Below, piece after piece: positions 58,030 through 64,000 of a stretch of DNA of 64,000 bases. Source of the stretch: an uncultured bacterium (lineage in GTDB: Bacteria; Latescibacterota; MWCZ01; CAZVGZ01). Where the stretch lies: positions 31,533 to 95,532 of the forward strand of contig CAZVGZ010000009.1 in NCBI GenBank assembly GCA_964627605.1, in the 5' to 3' direction. The stretch's first letter is position 1. Every line of letters starts with the position of its first letter. The notes beneath the pieces are model-generated. The model was given only the letters and a program-made list of their open reading frames with translations. It did no database searches and was not told the origin of the DNA. Both the position numbers and the translations under genes were made by a program.

Positions 58030-59097
58030 ATGACATCAGCGGAGCGGGTGCTGTTGGCACTCGACCACAAAGAGGCCGACCGGATAGCTCTTCAAGACGG
58101 TCCTTGGGGCACAACTGTGGCGCGGTGGCACATAGAGGGGCTGCCGGAAGATGTGTCTCCAGCAGAATATTTTGAGTTCGAGTTTTCTGGAATGGGGTTT
58201 GATTCGTCGTTCCGTTTCGAGCAGGAGCTTGTCGAGGAGACCGATGAATACAGAATAGAGCGCGACGGCAACGGAACAGTGCGCAAGAACTGGAAGCACA
58301 CAGTCAGCACACCAGAGATGATTGGGTTCACAGTAAACACAAAAGAGCTATGGGAAGAGCACAAAGAGAGGCTCGCGTGGGATGACAGTCGCGTCGACTG
58401 GGACAACGCACTCGAGAACAACAGAGCCGAAGTCGAAAAGGGCAAGTTCGTTCATTTTAGCTGCATAAACGGCTACGATCACTCACAAGCCATTGTTGGC
58501 TCCGAAGAGCTGCTCATGGCGATGGTCGATTCGCCTGAGTGGATAGATGAGATGATGGCGACCTGGGCCGACCAGATAATCACCGCAGTCGAAGAGATGC
58601 TATCCCGTGGATTTCATTTCGACGGTGCGTGGGCGTTCAACGACATGGGCTACCGCAACGCACTGCTGTTCTCGCCGTCGCTCTATCGAGAGATGATCTA
58701 TCCCCACGACAAACGCATGAACGACGTGTTCCACAGCCACGGCCTCCCGGTGATCCTGCACAGTTGCGGGCGTGTCTCGTCTATCGTCCCTGACCTCATC
58801 GACGCGGGATTCGACTGCATACAGCCGCTTGAGACGAAAGCCGGGATGGATCTCATCCAGCTCAAGAAAGATTTCGGCGACCGGCTATCGTTCATGGGCG
58901 GCATCGACGTTCGGAAAATGGCTGACCCCGATCCATCTGTGATAGAAGAGGAGATTCGCACCAAACTGACCATCGCAAAAAAAGATGGTGGGTACATATA
59001 CCACTCCGATCATTCGGTACCAGACGATGTGAGTTTCCCACAGTACGAACGGGTCATAGAGCTAGTGCGGAAATATGGCTCATACAACGGGGGTTGA
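58030..59097 (+). CDS. uroporphyrinogen decarboxylase (URO-D) family protein, MtaA-like subfamily
   Basis: 'ERVLLALDHKEADRI', 'ILHSCGRVSSIVPDLIDAGFDCIQPLE', 'FMGGIDVR', 'GGYIYHSDHSVP'. Confidence 0.75.
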   Translation: MTSAERVLLALDHKEADRIALQDGPWGTTVARWHIEGLPEDVSPAEYFEFEFSGMGFDSSFRFEQELVEETDEYRIERDGNGTVRKNWKHTVSTPEMIGFTVNTKELWEEHKERLAWDDSRVDWDNALENNRAEVEKGKFVHFSCINGYDHSQAIVGSEELLMAMVDSPEWIDEMMATWADQIITAVEEMLSRGFHFDGAWAFNDMGYRNALLFSPSLYREMIYPHDKRMNDVFHSHGLPVILHSCGRVSSIVPDLIDAGFDCIQPLETKAGMDLIQLKKDFGDRLSFMGGIDVRKMADPDPSVIEEEIRTKLTIAKKDGGYIYHSDHSVPDDVSFPQYERVIELVRKYGSYNGG

Positions 59098-59160
59098 ATA
59101 TCCCGGTTAACATAGGGAATCGGCTATGAGTACGCCGGACTGGTCTCGCCCCTGATTTCA

Positions 59161-59188
59161 CGGGTCCTCACCTGAGTTTGAGGACCTG
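59161..59188. repeat. intergenic hairpin
   Basis: GGTCCTCA (59163-59170), an 8-nt loop, then TGAGGACC (59179-59186), extendable by a G:U and a C:G pair. It lies about 65 nt after the stop at 59097. No U-tract. Confidence 0.6.
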
Positions 59189-59501
59189 GCGGCGGGTTCG
59201 AGAATAACGCAGGATAGAGAGGTCGCAAGAGTCCTCTCCCACCAACCTTCGTGGGTGTTTGTTGGCGACGAAGGGCTCCGACATAACGACACCGAGCCTG
59301 GAATCTTATATGTAGTGGCAGACGCGGTGGGGCCAGATGACGTGACGGTTGACTCCGACTCAGTTATGGAAGACAATAAGGAGTGGGTCACAAAGAGGCC
59401 CCTGGCGGTTACACCGATCGCTCGCCCTGAAATTCTGGTCATGGAGTTTCTAACGACGCACGAAATCTACCAGATTCAAGAACATGCAGGGGAACTAACA
59501 T

Positions 59502-60590
59502 ATGAGCGTCGATAACGGTCTTTGGTCGGGTTACAAAGGAGAACTGGACTCGATCGTAAAGGACCGACTGGACGCCTCCATCGCCCACGAAGAAGGCGAC
59601 CGCGTCCCCATTTGGGACTACATCGACAACCGGGCAACTTTCGACCATTTCGCTCAAGAGGGCGACACCTACGCCGAGACCATGGTTCGTGTCTATCATG
59701 GACTGGGTATCGACCTCTGCCGGGGGTACGGTGCGTCATTTGAAGAGACTGACGACGGTAAAAGTTCTGACGATGGCGACTGGAAAATCTCCGGCCAGAC
59801 GCAGTGGGTCACCCACTATACGATAAACTCCGTTGAGGAGTTGGCCGCATACGAACCCGAAGAAATTACCGACGAAGGCATAGAGAAGTGGCTTGAGAAC
59901 ATTCATGGCGGAATGGTCGATTTCGCCCCGCGCAGCATGTTCGTCCCTGGGTCAGGCTGCGGGTTTCATGAGACCTACGGGCTGATGGGACAGGAGCAGT
60001 TCTCTTTGGCGATCTATGATGCCAGAGACGACATTGAACGGATAATGTGGACGTTCAATGCAAGAGGCGTCGCCCTGGCAAAAAAAGCAGCCGAAGAACG
60101 TTTGGCCCCGTTATTTTTCACCTGGGCGGACATCGCATATAAAGATGCGCTTCTCTTCAGTCCCAATTTCTTGCGAGAGACTTTTATACCGACTCTAAGA
60201 AACGTCTGCGAACCGCTAAACAACGTAGGAATCAAACCGATATTTCACAGCGATGGCGATGTCAGCGAGATTCTCGACGATATGATTGACGCTGGGATCG
60301 GTGGCCTTAACCCCATCGAGCCAATGGCAGGAATGGATATTGGCGCTGTCAAGAAAAGGTATGGCGACGAGCTGATTCTCGTTGGAAACGTAGACTGCTC
60401 GCAGGTGCTGCCGTTGGGGTCGGTTGATGACGTGATAGAAGCCACCAAACAATGTCTGAGAGATGCCGCAGTGGGCGGTGGTCATTTCATAGGCTCAAGC
60501 AGCGAGATCACACCTTCGACCCCCCTCCCGAACGTGCTGGCGTTCTTCGAAACGTGCCAGACAGCAGGCCGATACCCCATCGAGTGTTAA
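59502..60590 (+). CDS. URO-D family protein (second paralogue)
   Basis: 'IFHSDGDVSEILDDMIDAGIGGLNPIEP', 'LVGNVDCS', 'GGHFIGSSSEI'. Same architecture as 58030..59097. Confidence 0.75.
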   Translation: MSVDNGLWSGYKGELDSIVKDRLDASIAHEEGDRVPIWDYIDNRATFDHFAQEGDTYAETMVRVYHGLGIDLCRGYGASFEETDDGKSSDDGDWKISGQTQWVTHYTINSVEELAAYEPEEITDEGIEKWLENIHGGMVDFAPRSMFVPGSGCGFHETYGLMGQEQFSLAIYDARDDIERIMWTFNARGVALAKKAAEERLAPLFFTWADIAYKDALLFSPNFLRETFIPTLRNVCEPLNNVGIKPIFHSDGDVSEILDDMIDAGIGGLNPIEPMAGMDIGAVKKRYGDELILVGNVDCSQVLPLGSVDDVIEATKQCLRDAAVGGGHFIGSSSEITPSTPLPNVLAFFETCQTAGRYPIEC

Positions 60591-60629
60591 TCCAGCCATA
60601 GCCGATCCACACACGACAGGAGATCAAGA

Positions 60630-61754
60630 GTGCAGTACCGCGAATACGGCAAAACCGGGATGCGTCTATCGACATTGGGTTACGGCTGTATGAGGCTGCC
60701 TTCAGTTGATGGCGAGGTGGACGAAGATGAGGCTATCAGATGTCTGAGGGAAGCTGTGGAGAGAGGTGTAAACTACTTCGATACAGCCTGGTTCTACCAC
60801 GGTGGTAACAGTGAAATAGTTTTGGGGCGAGCGCTCAAAGACGGCTACCGTGAGCGGATTTTCCTGTCCACCAAAAACAAGGAAAAGACCACTGACGGCA
60901 AAAAGTGGCGGTCGCTATTGGATGAGCAGCTAGTCAAGCTCGACGTCGACTACTTAGATGTCTACCATTTCCACGGCATCAACTGGGAGCAGTGGACCGA
61001 AAAGCTCAGCGTTCCAGGCGGCCCGCTGGATGAGATGCGCAACGCCCAGAAGGAGGGCATCGTAAAGCATTGCGCGTTCTCTTTTCACGGCGACGCTGGC
61101 GACGTAATGAAGCTGGTAGATACCGGCGAGTTCGACGGGATGTTGGTACAGTACAACCTCCTCGACCGCTCAAATGAGGAAGGGATCGCCTACGCCAACT
61201 CCAAAGGCATGGGTGTGATTGTCATGGGCCCGGTGGGTGGTGGGCGATTAGGCGGCGCGTCAAAAGCTCTACAGGAGATGATACCTGGCGACGTCAAGAG
61301 CACCCCTGAGGCCGCACTCAGATTCGTAATGTCCAACCCAAACGTCACCGTCGCACTCTCAGGGATGAGCGCGATGGATCATGTTTTGCAGAACACAGAG
61401 ACCGCATCAAAGGAAGAAGCGCTTTCACCTGAAGAACGTGAGCAGATTGAGGCGATGCTCGAAGAGAATAAGCGGCTGTCCGATCTCTACTGCACCGGCT
61501 GCAATTACTGCATGCCGTGTCCCAACGACGTGGACATCCCAGGCAACTTCCGCCTAATGAATTTCCTTAAAGTCTATGATCTGGACGCCCACGCCCGCGA
61601 CGGCTACAGCGGCATGGCCAAGAAGAAGGTTGACGGTGTGGAGACGGACGTGAGCGCGAGCGCATGCCATCAGTGTGGCGAGTGTGAGCCCAAATGTCCT
61701 CAGGATATCCCTATTATAGATCAGTTGGAAGAGGTCGCCGAAGCGTTGGCTTAG
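60630..61754 (+). CDS. aldo/keto reductase with C-terminal Fe-S (ferredoxin-like) Cys motifs
   Basis: AKR core 'YREYGKTGMRLSTLGYGCMRL', 'DTAWFY', 'LSTKN', 'YHFHG', plus 'CTGCNYCMPCP' and 'CHQCGECEPKCP'. An AGGAG RBS precedes the GTG at 60630. Confidence 0.85.
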   Translation: MQYREYGKTGMRLSTLGYGCMRLPSVDGEVDEDEAIRCLREAVERGVNYFDTAWFYHGGNSEIVLGRALKDGYRERIFLSTKNKEKTTDGKKWRSLLDEQLVKLDVDYLDVYHFHGINWEQWTEKLSVPGGPLDEMRNAQKEGIVKHCAFSFHGDAGDVMKLVDTGEFDGMLVQYNLLDRSNEEGIAYANSKGMGVIVMGPVGGGRLGGASKALQEMIPGDVKSTPEAALRFVMSNPNVTVALSGMSAMDHVLQNTETASKEEALSPEEREQIEAMLEENKRLSDLYCTGCNYCMPCPNDVDIPGNFRLMNFLKVYDLDAHARDGYSGMAKKKVDGVETDVSASACHQCGECEPKCPQDIPIIDQLEEVAEALA

Positions 61755-61816
61755 GTCCATTCAGATGACGGCACAAAGCTGTCTGATAAACGATCCCAGA
61801 TAGAGGTCGAAGAAAG

Positions 61817-62659
61817 ATGGCAACAGTAGGGGACAAATTCTGGCTGTTTGCGTGCGAGGCAGGCGGCGACAACGAAGGCTGGGGTCTTCCAGCGCCCTCA
61901 CGGATGACTCCGGCTGAAGGCTGCTTCTATCTGGGTCTCGACAACCTGATTATGATTCAGTGGGAAGGCCAACCCGCCCCACCTTTTCACCAGTACGCCA
62001 TCCCTTTCCGCCCTCTGGACAGAGTCGTCTGGTCGGTGGTGGGATCAGGTGGCCAGACCACCGAAACCGAACGTGGGCACGTCATCGACCTGGCCGGATC
62101 GATGCCCAACATCACCGGCGTGATGATGGACGATTTCTTCAATGGGCTGCCTGAGCGCGGCCACGCCGCCCTCAAAGAGGACAGCCTGGTCGAACTCAAG
62201 AGGGAGCTTGTGGTGGACGGTCGCGCACTGGACCTGTGGGTCGTGATCTACACCCATCAGCTCGATCTCCCTGTCGCCAACTACCTCGATACCTGCGACT
62301 ACGTAAGCCTATGGACCTGGCACTCCCGCGATCTGATCGATCTGGACGATAATCTGCGGAAACTTGAGGGTTTGGCACCCTCATGTCGCAAAGTCCTTGG
62401 GATATACCTGTGGGACTACGGCGAAAAACTGCCGATATCCGTCGATCAGATGAGGTTCCAGTGTGAAAAAGGGCTCGACTGGCTCACCAGCGGTCGAATC
62501 GACGGTATGATATTCCTTGCCAATACTGTGGCCGATCTGGACCTGGACGCAGTGGAGTGGACAAGGGACTGGATCGCAGAGGTGAAAAGCACAACGCTCG
62601 ATCGACGCTCATTCACAGGTGGCAGGGCAGACACAGGGACAAGATCGGAGCTGCAATGA
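61817..62659 (+). CDS. uncharacterised protein, paralogue of 8545..9345
   Basis: See 8545..9345 for the shared blocks. The stop overlaps the next gene's ATG as ATGA at 62656-62659. Confidence 0.7.
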   Translation: MATVGDKFWLFACEAGGDNEGWGLPAPSRMTPAEGCFYLGLDNLIMIQWEGQPAPPFHQYAIPFRPLDRVVWSVVGSGGQTTETERGHVIDLAGSMPNITGVMMDDFFNGLPERGHAALKEDSLVELKRELVVDGRALDLWVVIYTHQLDLPVANYLDTCDYVSLWTWHSRDLIDLDDNLRKLEGLAPSCRKVLGIYLWDYGEKLPISVDQMRFQCEKGLDWLTSGRIDGMIFLANTVADLDLDAVEWTRDWIAEVKSTTLDRRSFTGGRADTGTRSELQ

Positions 62660-63608
62660 AACTATCGCCGAGTACAGTCATGCGAGTGCCTCCCCCCGAT
62701 CCGCACTGGAAACCGGCGTTCGCATCCCTGCTTGAATCCGGCGAACTGGCACAACGGGTGACCATGGGCTTTTAGCGGATGTCGCCATGCCGTCTCTGCC
62801 CCATTGAGTGCATAGCCAACAAGGCTTTCGGACAGACCGGCAAGTGCAAGACAACAGATGAGCTGATAGTATCGTTCGCCAGCCTCATTTCGGCGAGGAG
62901 AAGCCGCTTGTCGGCGCAGGCGGATCGGGCACGATCTTTTTTCAGCGCTGCCCCATGGAGTGCATATACTGCCAGAATCACACTATCAGCCAGATTGATG
63001 GCGGCCATCCCTTGAGCCCAGATGGTTTGGCCGAACTGATGCTGGAGATGGAGCTCAAGGGCTGCCACAACATCAATTTCGTCACACCAACCCACGTTGT
63101 CCCGATGTTAATAGAAGCGGTGCTTACCGCTGCGAATGAGGGGCTGTCGCTGCCTCTGGTATACAACTCCGGCGGATATGACTCGGTTGAAACCCTCAAG
63201 CTCCTTGACGGCGTCATAGACATCAACATGCCCGATTTCAAATACGGCGACGCCTCAGTCGCAAAACACCTCTCAGGCGTGGATGACTACCCTCAGACCG
63301 CTTCTGCGGCGCTGACCGAGATGCATCGGCAGGTCGGCGACCTCTATATCGACGACCGAGGAATAGCCTTGCGCGGGCTTCTCGTGCGTCATCTGGTCCT
63401 CCCAGGTGGTTTCGCTGGCACAGCAGAAGTTTTGCGGTTCTTGGCTGACGGGATTTCCAAAAACACCTATGTCAACATCATGGATCAGTACCGTCCTTCG
63501 TGGTGGTCGCACCAGTATCCTCTACTGTCTCGCCGAACCGCTGAGATGGAGATGTCCCGAGCTTACCAGGCCGCAGAAGACGCTGGCCTTCACCGTTTCG
63601 CGATGTAG
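62656..63608 (+). pseudogene. PflX-like radical SAM protein (PFL-activase homologue), with in-frame TAG and a frameshift
   Basis: From the ATG at 62656: ...PAFASLLESGELAQRVTMGF*, with the TAG at 62773-62775. It continues in the same frame as RMSPCRLCPIECIANKAFGQTGKC...LIVSFASL. At about 62886 there is a switch to frame 0: HFGEEKPLVGAGGSGTIFFQRCPMECIYCQNHTIS..., which contains the CxxxCxxC-type cluster. The total length of 953 nt is one short of a multiple of three. Confidence 0.65.
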
Positions 63609-63622
63609 CAGATGAGGAGTCG

Positions 63623-64000
63623 ATGACACAAAGGAAGATAGATTTCGAGGCTCACAACGCCGAGGTCGAAGCGGTCTGGGACGCCTACAATAGACGCGAA
63701 CCGACCCGCGTTCCGGTGCTTCTGGTCTCCAATCCCCGCTATACGATGTTCAACCATCCATCCAACCCTAGAAAGATCGAGTTCGATGAGTACGACTCCG
63801 ATCCGCAGTTAATGATTGAAAGGCAGATCGAACATCTGCACTGGGTGCGCCACTTTCTTCCCCAAGACGCTGAAATGGGCCCGCCCAAAGACGGTTGGAA
63901 TATCTATGTAGACATGCAGAACACCTACGACGCAGCTTGGCTCGGTGGCGAGATGAAATACTACCAGGGTCAGGTTCCCGACGTAGCCCCGTGGCTGTCC
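63623..64000 (+). CDS. hypothetical protein, possibly a third URO-D-like paralogue (5' part; runs off the right edge)
   Basis: My own translation. A GAGGAG RBS (63614-63619) and ATG at 63623 give MTQRKIDFEAHNAEVEAVWDAYNRREPTRVPVLL...DMQNTYDAAWLGGEMKYYQGQVPDV..., open to the window end. The family call is tentative. Confidence 0.5.
   Translation, partial: MTQRKIDFEAHNAEVEAVWDAYNRREPTRVPVLLVSNPRYTMFNHPSNPRKIEFDEYDSDPQLMIERQIEHLHWVRHFLPQDAEMGPPKDGWNIYVDMQNTYDAAWLGGEMKYYQGQVPDVAPWLS

Noticed and set aside
59255-59515. 86-aa plus ORF (and the 94-aa minus ORF 59158..59442) in the gap between the two URO-D genes
   Set aside because: No recognisable motifs and no convincing RBS. The two candidates exclude each other. 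I cannot support either, so the gap is left unannotated apart from the hairpin at 59161-59188.
62773-62775. In-frame TAG (rSAM), TAA (41587), TGA (52206) and TAG (24801) as evidence for stop-codon reassignment, pyrrolysine or selenocysteine
   Set aside because: All three stop codons are involved. Every confident gene ends normally on one of the three stop codons. Two of the affected genes also carry frameshifts or truncations. No pyl or sel genes and no obvious SECIS hairpin were seen. The MttB-like piece is only a C-terminal remnant. Pseudogenisation is the simpler explanation.
1-64000. Search for CRISPR arrays, IS elements, integrases, tRNA genes, rRNA, toxin-antitoxin pairs or known defence systems
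   Set aside because: I saw no regularly spaced direct repeats, no transposase/integrase/recombinase-like ORFs, and no T-loop-type GTTCGAATC-like sequences in intergenic regions other than the tmRNA 3' end. I also saw no small adjacent ORF pairs typical of TA modules. Absence judged by eye is not proof, so tRNAscan, ISfinder and defence-finder runs would be needed.

Overview
This 64 kb window is moderately GC-rich bacterial chromosome from a didermic organism, because the LPS genes lpxK and waaA are present. The 279-aa RpoD-type sigma factor lacks region 1.1 and, from memory, resembles the short primary sigma of Bacteroidota/FCB-group bacteria. That phylum guess is tentative.

I support about 55 protein genes and one RNA gene, a tmRNA. 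I found no rRNA, tRNA, CRISPR array, transposase, integrase or phage genes. Housekeeping genes (gltX, ssrA, nadA, leuS, asnS, dut, pyrD, lpxK, waaA, mutS2) are interleaved with accessory blocks:
- a minus-strand block with a BNR sialidase-like gene, a metallophosphoesterase, and a PhyH / M14 peptidase / PhyH trio
- a sugar-acid-like block with a DUF1537 kinase, a Gfo/Idh/MocA oxidoreductase, and a Tat-signal DapA-family lyase
- a tandem array of five aldo/keto reductase paralogues split by an unknown gene that carries an in-frame TAA
- a plus-strand cluster of URO-D-family proteins, an Fe-S aldo/keto reductase, an uncharacterised family, and a PflX-like radical SAM gene

The most striking general signal is the density of broken or remnant genes:
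- a gltB 5' stub fused to an MttB-like tail
- a collapsed CDF transporter
- a frameshifted TlpA-like lipoprotein
- a radical SAM gene with both a nonsense codon and a frameshift
- several smaller fragments

I did not recognise a known defence, toxin or mobile system. The best candidates for uncharacterised biology are the URO-D/rSAM cluster, the AKR array and the PhyH/M14 block. All calls come from reading the sequence and remembering family motifs. No searches were run.
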